NCBI GenBank assembly: GCA_036845805.1 | Contig: DAIUDD010000001.1 | Coordinates: 169,594-231,328 of the forward strand | DNA from: Patescibacteria group bacterium | GTDB taxonomy: Bacteria; Patescibacteriota; Patescibacteriia; UBA2196 | Length of the DNA: 61,735 nt | Direction of reading: 5' to 3' | Part shown: positions 50,256 to 58,415 of the stretch, one piece after another | Layout: each line of letters begins with the position of its first letter | How positions within the stretch are numbered: position 1 is the stretch's first letter | Program-made: the position numbers and the translations under genes | Notes under the pieces: model-generated | Seen by the model: only the letters and a program-made list of their open reading frames with translations | What the model was told of the DNA's origin: nothing | Database searches by the model: none

Positions 50256-50936
50256 ATGATCGAATTTCGTAATGTCACCAAAATCTATGAGCCCAATGTT
50301 CACGCGCTCAATCACGCCACTTTCCATATTAAACCCGGGGAGTTTGTTTTTTTAGTAGGCCAATCGGGCACTGGCAAAACCACTGCTGTCCGTCTTTTAA
50401 TTTCCGAAGAAAAAGTTAGTAATGGCCGGATTATCGTTGGCGGCTGGGACATTACTCATATTCGCCGCAAACATATTCCACTTTTACGTCGCCAAATTGG
50501 CGTGGTTTGGCAAGATTATAAATTATTACCCAAAAAAACAGTTTTTGAAAATGTGGCCTTTGCTTTAGAAGTTTCTGGCGCAGAAAAAGAACGTATTCAA
50601 AAAATTGTGCCACAGGTCTTAAAAATTGTCGGCTTGCAAGATAAAACCAATCGTTACCCAACGCAGCTTTCTGGTGGTGAGCAACAAAGAGTTTCCATTG
50701 CCCGTTCGCTTGTCCATCGCCCTAAAATTTTAGTCGCCGATGAACCAACGGGAAATCTTGACACCGTTAACACCCGCGAAATTATAGATATCCTGCAAAA
50801 AATAAATGAATTCGGCACTACTGTTCTTCTGGTTACGCACAACCGAGAAATTGTTAACTCTCTAAAAAAAAGAGTTATTACATTAGAAAAAGGTCTAGTT
50901 ATTTCTGATCAAGAAAAGGGCCGCTATATGTTATAA
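50256..50936 (+). CDS. ftsE: Cell division ATP-binding protein FtsE
   Basis: GQSGTGKTT, RRQIGVVWQDYKLL, LSGGEQQRV, ADEPTGNLD. Confidence 0.95.
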   Translation: MIEFRNVTKIYEPNVHALNHATFHIKPGEFVFLVGQSGTGKTTAVRLLISEEKVSNGRIIVGGWDITHIRRKHIPLLRRQIGVVWQDYKLLPKKTVFENVAFALEVSGAEKERIQKIVPQVLKIVGLQDKTNRYPTQLSGGEQQRVSIARSLVHRPKILVADEPTGNLDTVNTREIIDILQKINEFGTTVLLVTHNREIVNSLKKRVITLEKGLVISDQEKGRYML

Positions 50937-50995
50937 GTTAAATTTTACTTTATCTCTTAAATTTGATTTTTTAATTTTGAATTAATATTATTCCC

Positions 50996-51913
50996 ATGTT
51001 TCTTCTTTCTTTAACTCGCATTATCCGTTTTGCTTTGCAAAACTTCTATCGAAACATCTGGCTTTCATTGGTCACCATAACCATTATAGTTTTAACTTTA
51101 TTATCTCTTACCTCTCTTATTATTCTTAATGCTGGCGTTAATCAAACCATTATCACTGTCAAAAACAAAATTGATGTTTCATTATATTTTACGCCCAATA
51201 TTGATACCGAGACCGTCAGTTTAATTAAAGAACAAATTGGTAAATATGCTACTGTCGCCGAAGTAAATTTAATCAATGCCACTCAAGCTCTAGAAAAATT
51301 TAAAAACGCTCACGCCAATGATTCAACCATTAAGGAGGCTCTTAATCAACTGGAAACAAATCCTTTGGGGCCAACCTTGACGATCAAAGCTAAAAATGCT
51401 AATTTATATCCACAAATTTTAGAACAAATTAAAAAAGACAAGTTAGATACTCTCGCCGAGGAAATTGATTATGATGATAATAAATTAGTCATTGAAAAAT
51501 TGTCAGTCATTGGTCAAAAAATTAAAAAGGTTGGTTTTATCATCAGCATTGTCTTTACCATCATTTCTTTACTCGTGGTTTTTAATACTATCCGTATTGG
51601 AATTTATACGCATCGAGAAGAAATAAACATTATGAAACTGGTTGGCGCAGAAAATTGGTTTGTCCGTTTGCCATTTTTATTCGAGGGCGCGCTCTATGCT
51701 TTTATCGGTTGTTTATTTTTTTGGTTAATCTTTTATCTCGCCGTCAGTCTTATTCAACCCTTTCTTTCTAGTTTCTTAATTGATATCAATTTTAATATCA
51801 TGTCATATATTTGGGATCATTTTATTTATATTTTCGGCTTTGAATTAATTTTAATGATCGTGCTTAATACCATTTCCGGCTTTGTCGCGATTAGCAAATA
51901 TCTGCGCACCTAA
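50996..51913 (+). CDS. ftsX: Cell division permease FtsX
   Basis: Four TMs; NTIRIGIYTHREEINIMKLVGA..PFLFEG. Confidence 0.95.
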   Translation: MFLLSLTRIIRFALQNFYRNIWLSLVTITIIVLTLLSLTSLIILNAGVNQTIITVKNKIDVSLYFTPNIDTETVSLIKEQIGKYATVAEVNLINATQALEKFKNAHANDSTIKEALNQLETNPLGPTLTIKAKNANLYPQILEQIKKDKLDTLAEEIDYDDNKLVIEKLSVIGQKIKKVGFIISIVFTIISLLVVFNTIRIGIYTHREEINIMKLVGAENWFVRLPFLFEGALYAFIGCLFFWLIFYLAVSLIQPFLSSFLIDINFNIMSYIWDHFIYIFGFELILMIVLNTISGFVAISKYLRT

Positions 51914-51951
51914 TAAAAATTTTGTTTTTCCAGTATTTCTTAATTTCTTTA

Positions 51952-52005
51952 TTTCTGGTTGCTTTAGCAACCATCCCGCTATAGCGGGATGAAAACAGGG
52001 CTTTC
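51952..52005. repeat. 54-nt twin-hairpin element, copy 2
   Basis: Direct copy of 50176-50229 with a compensatory stem change. Confidence 0.8.
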
Positions 52006-52025
52006 TGTTTCTTTATTTCTCATAT

Positions 52026-52096
52026 TGCGGGGTCGTCTAGCGGTAGGACATCAGGTTTTGGTCCTGATTACCGGGGTTCGAATCCCTGCCCCGCAG
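52026..52096 (+). tRNA. tRNA-Gln(TTG)
   Basis: TGCGGGG/CCCCGCA acceptor, TCAGG-TTTTGGT-CCTGA arm, TTCGAAT T-loop. Confidence 0.93.
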
Positions 52097-52164
52097 AAAA
52101 TAAAAATCAGCTTGGGCTGTTTTTTATTTTGACTTTTTTCCTCTAAACAGAGATAATTAAATAT

Positions 52165-52356
52165 ATGCTCTGTGCCCAAACCGGAAATCTTAAACATTGT
52201 CCGTGCACTTATCCCAATTGCGACAAAAAGGGGAAATGTTGCGAATGTTTAAAATATCACCTAGCTAGTCAAGAATTACCAGCTTGTTGTTTTAATCAAA
52301 AAACCGAAAAAACTTTTGATCGCTCTTTTAGTCGTTTTATTATTGATCATCAATAA
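52165..52356 (+). CDS. Small Cys-rich protein (DUF6485-like)
   Basis: CPCTYPNC..KGKCCECLKYH...LPACCF. Confidence 0.75.
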   Translation: MLCAQTGNLKHCPCTYPNCDKKGKCCECLKYHLASQELPACCFNQKTEKTFDRSFSRFIIDHQ

Positions 52357-52359
52357 TTT

Positions 52360-53109
52360 ATGCCTGCCTTTTATAAAAAATCATTTCTGTTTGATCCAGA
52401 AAAAAAGGAACCTTTTCGTTTATCACGAACTAAATTAGAATTATTTATTAATTGTCCCCGCTGTTTTTATTTAGATCGCCGGCTTGGTATTAGCCGGCCG
52501 TCTGGTCCACCTTTTACTTTAAATTCGGCCGTAGATAAATTATTAAAAAAAGAATTTGACATTCATCGCGCCAAAAGCACCACTCATCCTTTGCTTAAAA
52601 ATTATCATCTTGATTTAGTGCCTTTTAACCATGAAAAAATTAATGAGTGGCGCGAAAATTTTGTTGGCGTTTCTTTTTTGCACCAAGCCACTAATTTAAA
52701 TATTTTCGGCGCCATTGACGATCTCTGGACTGATGGCAACGAACTCTATGTAGTTGATTATAAATCCACCAGTAAAAACGAAGAAATAACCGAGCTCAAT
52801 AGCGACTGGCATGAGGCATATAAACGGCAAATGGAAATCTACCAATGGCTTTTGCGCCATAATGATCTTAATGTTTCTGATACTGGCTATTTTGTTTATT
52901 GCAACGGCAATACCGATAAAGAAGCGTTTGACGGCCGCCTAGAATTTGATTTAACTTTAATTTCTTATCATGGCAATGACTCTTGGGTCGAACCAACTAT
53001 TATTAAAGCACATGAATGTTTAATCTCTACAAAAATTCCTGCTCCCAATAAAGAATGCGAATATTGTAACTATATTACTTCGCTTGAAAAAATAAATAAA
53101 AAAATATGA
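52360..53109 (+). CDS. PD-(D/E)XK nuclease (Cas4/RecB-like), stand-alone
   Basis: SRTKLE..CPRCF, GAIDD, VVDYKS, QMEIYQW, C-terminal CEYC. Confidence 0.85.
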   Translation: MPAFYKKSFLFDPEKKEPFRLSRTKLELFINCPRCFYLDRRLGISRPSGPPFTLNSAVDKLLKKEFDIHRAKSTTHPLLKNYHLDLVPFNHEKINEWRENFVGVSFLHQATNLNIFGAIDDLWTDGNELYVVDYKSTSKNEEITELNSDWHEAYKRQMEIYQWLLRHNDLNVSDTGYFVYCNGNTDKEAFDGRLEFDLTLISYHGNDSWVEPTIIKAHECLISTKIPAPNKECEYCNYITSLEKINKKI

Positions 53110-53348
53110 AAAGACTTCTCACCTCCCAACTCATCTTATTATTAATCGGCACACTTTTTGCCTGGACTAATTTTATTATTGAATTAATTCATTGGCTTAA
53201 CCAAACCACTAACCAGCTTGGCTGTTTTACTGCCACTAAAAACCCATTTTTGACTCCCTGCTTTTACGGCGCCATATTTTTTACTCTGGCCTTTATTTTA
53301 AGCGTTATAAGTGTCAAAAAATTTACTCATATTGAAGACAAAAAATAA
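53106..53348 (+). CDS. Small two-TM protein with a Cys pair
   Basis: 80 aa; GCFTATKNPFLTPCFYGAIFF; overlaps the upstream stop. Confidence 0.6.
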   Translation: MKRLLTSQLILLLIGTLFAWTNFIIELIHWLNQTTNQLGCFTATKNPFLTPCFYGAIFFTLAFILSVISVKKFTHIEDKK

Positions 53349-53394
53349 AAAACAAAAATACTTGACAAATCATACAGATTTACTTATACTTACA

Positions 53395-53527
53395 AATAAG
53401 TTGTGTCTGACCCAGCTAAGACGCGACTTTGACACACAACGCTGAGCTGGTTTTCTCGGTCAGCTTTAACAGCCGACCGATCATGCTTCACAGCGGAGAT
53501 GCAACCCAATGCACTCCGCTTTTTTAT
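53395..53527 (+). ncRNA. Candidate small structured RNA with its own promoter and terminator
   Basis: TTGACA-17-TATACT (53362-53390); pseudoknot-capable stems; AGCGGAG/CTCCGCT-T7 terminator. Confidence 0.5.
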
Positions 53528-53742
53528 TTTATAAAATTATCTTTTGTGTTTTACTTATTACATATTACAAATTATTTATTACACATTATAAGTTTTTCCC
53601 TTACTTTCTCTATTTCTTAATTTCTTATTTTCTTAAACTTTGACTTTTCCTCCACAAAATGAAATAATTATCTTGTTTTATTAATCTTTAATTTTGACTT
53701 TATTTTTAAGATTTGACATTTGAATTTCGAGTTCATAATTTT

Positions 53743-54798
53743 ATGTCCTTCCAAATCGGCATTGTTGGTTTGCCCAACGTTGGCAAGTCAACCCTTTTCA
53801 AGGCCCTAACAAAAAAACAAGTTGATGCTGCTAATTATCCTTTTTGCACTATTGATCCCAATGTTGGTGTGGTGGCAGTACCAGACCAAAGGCTAGACCA
53901 ATTAGCCAAGGTTTCTAATTCTGAAAAAATTATTCCGACTACCATTGAGTTTGTTGATATTGCCGGCTTAGTTAAAAACGCTCATAAAGGCGAAGGGCTT
54001 GGCAATCAGTTTTTGGCACACATCCGCGAAGTTGATGCGATTATTGAAGTTGTCCGCGAATTTAAAGATGAAAATGTCATTCATGTGGAAGGTTCAGTTG
54101 ATCCCAAGCGCGACCAAGACATTATTCACTTAGAATTAATTATGGCTGATTTGCAAACCATCACAAAAAGAATTCACTCGGCTGAACATGAAGTAAAATC
54201 TGGTGATAAAGAAGTGATAAAATTATTAAACATTCTGCAATCTTTAAAAAATACTTTAGATCAAGGCAAATTGGCCAGCGAAGCTAATTTAACCGAAGAA
54301 GAAAAAAAATCGATTAAAGAACTTTCGCTTTTAACTCTAAAACCAATTATTTATGTCAAAAACATTGATGACACTTTGACGCTTGACACTCTGACACCTG
54401 ACACTATCGCCATCAATGCCAAATTGGAAGCCGAATTAGCCGAACTTAAAGATGAAGAATTAAAAGATTATCTTAAAGAATTAGGCATAGAAAAAACCGG
54501 CCTTGATAAATTAATTGTGGCCAGTTATAATATTCTTGATTTAATTACTTTTTTAACTTCCGGCCCTAAAGAATCGCGCGCCTGGACCATTCAAAGGGGG
54601 ACCAAAGCGCCGGAAGCCGCTGGTGTTATTCATACTGATTTTGAAAAAAATTTTATTCGCGCTGAAGTTTGTAATTGGCAAGATTTTGTTAAATTAGGTG
54701 GCGATGCCGGCGTCAAAGAAAAAGGCTTAATGCGTCTGGAAGGTAAAGATTATGTGATGCAAGATGGTGACACAGTATATTTTAGAGTCAATACTTAA
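53743..54798 (+). CDS. ychF: Ribosome-binding ATPase YchF
   Basis: GIVGLPNVGKSTLF, DIAGLV..GEGLGNQFL, APEAAGVIHTDFE; start at MSFQIG. Confidence 0.97.
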   Translation: MSFQIGIVGLPNVGKSTLFKALTKKQVDAANYPFCTIDPNVGVVAVPDQRLDQLAKVSNSEKIIPTTIEFVDIAGLVKNAHKGEGLGNQFLAHIREVDAIIEVVREFKDENVIHVEGSVDPKRDQDIIHLELIMADLQTITKRIHSAEHEVKSGDKEVIKLLNILQSLKNTLDQGKLASEANLTEEEKKSIKELSLLTLKPIIYVKNIDDTLTLDTLTPDTIAINAKLEAELAELKDEELKDYLKELGIEKTGLDKLIVASYNILDLITFLTSGPKESRAWTIQRGTKAPEAAGVIHTDFEKNFIRAEVCNWQDFVKLGGDAGVKEKGLMRLEGKDYVMQDGDTVYFRVNT

Positions 54799-54927
54799 TT
54801 AAAAATAATCAAGAAACAAGATACAATTTCCAAATAAATTTCAAACCTCAAATTTCAATTACTAAATTTTTTGGTTATTGATTATTGTTTGGAAATTGGA
54901 ATTTGTATCTTGGAAATTTATTACTTT

Positions 54928-55530
54928 ATGTCTCATCCCAAAACAGAACGCACCTTAGTTTTAATCAAACCCGATGGTGTGCAGCGCTCGCTCATTGGTG
55001 AAATAATTCACCGCTTAGAAAGAACTGGCCTTAAACTGGTGGCTGCTAAATTTATTATGGCCACCAAAGAGCAGGGCTATGAACATTATAAAAAAGAAGA
55101 AGATTGGCTCGAAGAAAAAGGCGCCAAAAGAATTACCCAAAGGCAAGCTGAAGGTAAACCAATTGAAAAATCAGCCCGTGAATATGGCCTCGATATTGTT
55201 AATGCTAATGTCAGTTTTATTACTGCTGGTCCAATTGTGCCGATGATCTGGGAAGGAAATAAAGCGGTGGGTATTATTAAAAAAATTGTCGGCGGCACCG
55301 AACCTTTAACTTCCGACGTCGGCACAATCAGGGGCGATTTAACTATGGATTCTTATGATATTTCGAATTTAGACGAACGTTGCGTCCGTAATCTTATTCA
55401 TTGCACCGATGATCCAAAAGAAGCCGCGCGTGAAATAGCGATTTGGTTTAAACCAGAAGAAATTTTAAATTATCGTCTTCTTAATGAAGCTATTCTCTAT
55501 GATATTAATCTAGATGGCATTAAAGAATAA
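54928..55530 (+). CDS. ndk: Nucleoside diphosphate kinase (long form)
   Basis: ERTLVLIKPDGVQR, GTIRGD, RNLIHCTD; start at MSHPK. Confidence 0.93.
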   Translation: MSHPKTERTLVLIKPDGVQRSLIGEIIHRLERTGLKLVAAKFIMATKEQGYEHYKKEEDWLEEKGAKRITQRQAEGKPIEKSAREYGLDIVNANVSFITAGPIVPMIWEGNKAVGIIKKIVGGTEPLTSDVGTIRGDLTMDSYDISNLDERCVRNLIHCTDDPKEAAREIAIWFKPEEILNYRLLNEAILYDINLDGIKE

Positions 55531-55630
55531 TTTCTTTCTCCTTAATTTTAATCTCTTTTTTTTCTTGACACTTTGACACCGGACACTCTGACACTTATTT
55601 TGACCGCTCTCCCTAAAACTGTTATTATAA

Positions 55631-55866
55631 AAGCGCCTCGCAGAAACCATTTTCCTCAATCATTTCTACAACCATTTCTCGTTGGAAAACATATTTTGCC
55701 GCTCTTCTGGTTAGACCAGGGAATGCCAATGAGTTTTCCCGCGATCATTATCACGGCCTTTGGTTTGCCCGGACTCGGATTTACTAAGTCTGCGGCAAAA
55801 CACTGGCCAGATCCGTTTCTTAAACGGAATTGATTGTTGTGATTTTGTCATCCTGCGGGGTGTTTT
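55631..55866 (+). ncRNA. Candidate ~235-nt rod-like structured RNA (6S-like?)
   Basis: TTGACC-17-TATTAT promoter; 5'/3' closing stem; inner TTTTGCCGC/GCGGCAAAA stem. Confidence 0.35.
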
Positions 55867-55876
55867 AATTATTTAT

Positions 55877-56163
55877 CGGGGTGTCGTATACCGGTAGTAC
55901 GCGTCCATGGGGGTTGAAGCGATTAGCTTCAACGGGCGAGGAGGTTTGCCTGTGGCAAACCACCACAAGCCCAGGCTTTTATTTTTTATTTCGGGCTATA
56001 GCGCAGTTGGCTAGCGCGCATGCATGGGGTGCATGAGGTCGGCAGTTCAAATCTGCCTAGCCCGAAAGAAAAAATAAAAGATGTAGACGGGGTTCACCCT
56101 GCACCATAAAGGTGCATGGTAGCCCTAAACCTTTATGGTTTAGGACAATTCACCGCACCCCGA
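55877..56163 (+). pseudogene. Split outer tRNA-Pro enclosing hairpins and a complete tRNA
   Basis: CGGGGTG/CACCCCG acceptor, GTAT/GTAC D stem, CGTCC-ATGGGG; inserts in anticodon and T loops. Confidence 0.7.
55992..56065 (+). tRNA. tRNA-Pro(GGG), intact, nested
   Basis: Full cloverleaf; CATGC-ATGGGGT-GCATG arm; GGCAG-TTCAAAT-CTGCC T arm. Confidence 0.93.
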
Positions 56164-56179
56164 TAAAAGTGTAGAATGA

Positions 56180-56346
56180 GGGTGCATGAGGGTTTAAAAG
56201 ACACACTGTGTCTTTTAAACCAGTTCAAATCCGGCTACCCCGATAATTAAGACATTAAAATTATAGATCGGGTTCACCTTGCACCATAAAGGTGCAAGGT
56301 AGTCCTAAACCTTTATGGTTTAGGGCAATTCCCCGCACCCCGACCA
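56180..56346 (+). repeat. Two further tRNA-Pro 3'-half fragments with hairpin inserts
   Basis: TTCAAATCCGGCTACCCCGA ending 56243; near copy of 56084-56163 at 56264-56346 ending ACCA. Confidence 0.7.
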
Positions 56347-56384
56347 ACTGAAAGAAAACAAACTTATGGTTTGTACTACTTATT

Positions 56385-56960
56385 ATGCCACCTAATCTAA
56401 TCTGCCAAGATAAAACCGACGAAGACTTGGTTTCCTTGACACTTAAAAATAATGATTACTTTTCTTGTCTGATGAGCCGCTATGAACAGCGACTTTTGTT
56501 TTATATTATCCGGCTCTCCGGTTTTAAAAAAGATGAAGCGGAAGATGTTCTGCAGGAAACATTTATCAAAACTTTCTATCATTTAAGTGATTTTGACAAA
56601 AAACTTAAATTTTCTTCCTGGCTTTATCGAATTACCCATAACGAAACCATTAATGCATTGAAAAAAAAGAAAAGTAAAATAATTATTAACTTAACAACCG
56701 AAGATTGGCAAAACATTGCCACTAAAAACAATCTCAAAGAAGAAATCGCGGCAAAAATTAATCAAGAAAAAATTAAACAATTAATTAACCACCTGGAACC
56801 AAAATATCAAGAAGTTATAATTTTAAAATTTTTAGAAGATTATAGTTATGAAGAAATTTCAGATATTTTGCAAAAACCAACTGGCACTATTGCGACCCTG
56901 CTTAATCGCGCTAAAAAAAAATTAAAACAAGAATTTATAAAAATTAATTTTACCTATTAA
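56385..56960 (+). CDS. ECF RNA polymerase sigma-70 factor
   Basis: AEDVLQETF, KFSSWLYRITHN, YSYEEISDIL..GTIATLLNRAKKKL. Confidence 0.93.
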   Translation: MPPNLICQDKTDEDLVSLTLKNNDYFSCLMSRYEQRLLFYIIRLSGFKKDEAEDVLQETFIKTFYHLSDFDKKLKFSSWLYRITHNETINALKKKKSKIIINLTTEDWQNIATKNNLKEEIAAKINQEKIKQLINHLEPKYQEVIILKFLEDYSYEEISDILQKPTGTIATLLNRAKKKLKQEFIKINFTY

Positions 56961-56965
56961 CTTAT

Positions 56966-57694
56966 ATGATAGTCCAAGATCGGGTCCTCAGAAAAATTAA
57001 ACAAGAAAAAATAAAACCGTTGCCACCAACCATCTTTTTAATTAAACGAGTTGCTTTTTGGTTTTTAACCATTCTTTCATTTTTGTTGACCGCTCTTATT
57101 ACTTCTCTGGTTATTTTTTTATTAGCTAATCAAGATTGGGATATCTATCAAAAATTTACTTCCCATCAAACCTTATTCCTTTTTTGGGTTTTGCCATATT
57201 TTTGGCTAATTATCTGGTTTATTTTTATCTGGTCACTTTATTACAACTACCGCCACACCAAATATGGCTATCGCACTAAAATCAGCCAACTTACGATCTT
57301 TTCTTCTACATTGATTTTAATATTCGGCTATACTTTTTATTCTTTTGGCTGGGGTTATAAAATAGAAAATTACTTTTTTCAAAAATCAAATTTTTATAAC
57401 CAAATCAACAATAACCGTCTAATATGGGACAACGCTACTAAAGGACTCTTGGCTGGACAAATCATTAAAACAGAAAAAAGCCAAATTATTTTAAAAGATT
57501 TAAAAAATAAAGAATGGCAAATTATTTTTAATCAATTGGATACCAATAGTAATTTAATACCTGGGCAAAAAATAAAAATAATTGGCCAACCAGTTGACTC
57601 GCAAACATTTTTTGCTTCCGAAATAAGAAATTGGTGCGGTTGTGGCGGCTGTCTTGAAAGTAATAATCTTTGCGCCAATGGCTGTAATCATTAA
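56966..57694 (+). CDS. Membrane protein (possible anti-sigma) with beta domain and Cys-rich tail
   Basis: Three TMs directly after the ECF gene; ends WCGCGGCLESNNLCANGCNH. Confidence 0.65.
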   Translation: MIVQDRVLRKIKQEKIKPLPPTIFLIKRVAFWFLTILSFLLTALITSLVIFLLANQDWDIYQKFTSHQTLFLFWVLPYFWLIIWFIFIWSLYYNYRHTKYGYRTKISQLTIFSSTLILIFGYTFYSFGWGYKIENYFFQKSNFYNQINNNRLIWDNATKGLLAGQIIKTEKSQIILKDLKNKEWQIIFNQLDTNSNLIPGQKIKIIGQPVDSQTFFASEIRNWCGCGGCLESNNLCANGCNH

Positions 57695-57781
57695 AATTGA
57701 AAGAAAAAAAATTGAAAGAAAAAACAAAATTTTGATGTATTATTATAATGAGGCCTCTCATTTATAATTAAAACTATTTTT

Positions 57782-58015
57782 ATGAATAAACTCTGGTATT
57801 TTGGCGGCTTATTAACTTTTATCGTTGCCGCTGTCGTCGTTATTGGCGCCGTTAACGCTTCTGACAATAAAAATTTGCCGGCAACAGAAAAAAGCTCTAC
57901 CCCAACAGTCCAAACTAAAAGCTGTGGTTGCCAGGTTAAATCTCAATGTGGCGGCACTTGTCAAGCCAACAACTGTCAATGCGGTTCTTCTTGTGCCATG
58001 AATCAAGCTAAATAA
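57782..58015 (+). CDS. Exported Cys-rich small protein (7 Cys)
   Basis: Signal peptide; SCGCQVKSQCGGTCQANNCQCGSSCAM; terminator at ~58027-58056. Confidence 0.65.
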   Translation: MNKLWYFGGLLTFIVAAVVVIGAVNASDNKNLPATEKSSTPTVQTKSCGCQVKSQCGGTCQANNCQCGSSCAMNQAK

Positions 58016-58078
58016 AAAATATTTTTAAAAACCCTGCCATTAAAGCAGGGTTTTTATATTATATTTATTTTTTTGCGT

Positions 58079-58258
58079 TCACTTTGTCATCTTTTTCTTC
58101 AATGTTCTAATACAACGGGTGCAAACATTTTTCTGTTTGCCATCAATGGTCTTTTTTTGTAAATTTAAATATTGCCGACGTAAAGTTTTAATCTGAGAAT
58201 GAGATCTGGTTTGAGACCGCTGTGAACCGCGACCACAAATATCGCAACGAGTAGCCAT
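58079..58258 (-). CDS. rpmB: 50S ribosomal protein L28
   Basis: MATRCDICG..SHS.IKTLRRQYLNLQ..VCTRCIRT. Confidence 0.93.
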   Translation of the reverse strand: MATRCDICGRGSQRSQTRSHSQIKTLRRQYLNLQKKTIDGKQKNVCTRCIRTLKKKMTK

Positions 58259-58415
58259 AAAATTTAAAAATGACAAATGTCAAATAATTAATTGCAAAAA
58301 TAGTATAACATGATAGAATAATAAAAGCAAGGAGTTATTGAAATCCTAAATTCTAAACTCGAAATCCAAAAAAATTTTCGAATTTCTAATTTAATTATTC
58401 GAATTTTTAATATTT

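Noticed and set aside
55573-55833. 86-aa plus-strand ORF
   Set aside because: Starts in a TGACACT array upstream of the promoter; the region is better explained as structured RNA, though coding is not excluded
56084-56346. CRISPR-like repeat-spacer pattern
   Set aside because: Only two near-copies, both tRNA 3' halves; no regular spacers and no cas operon
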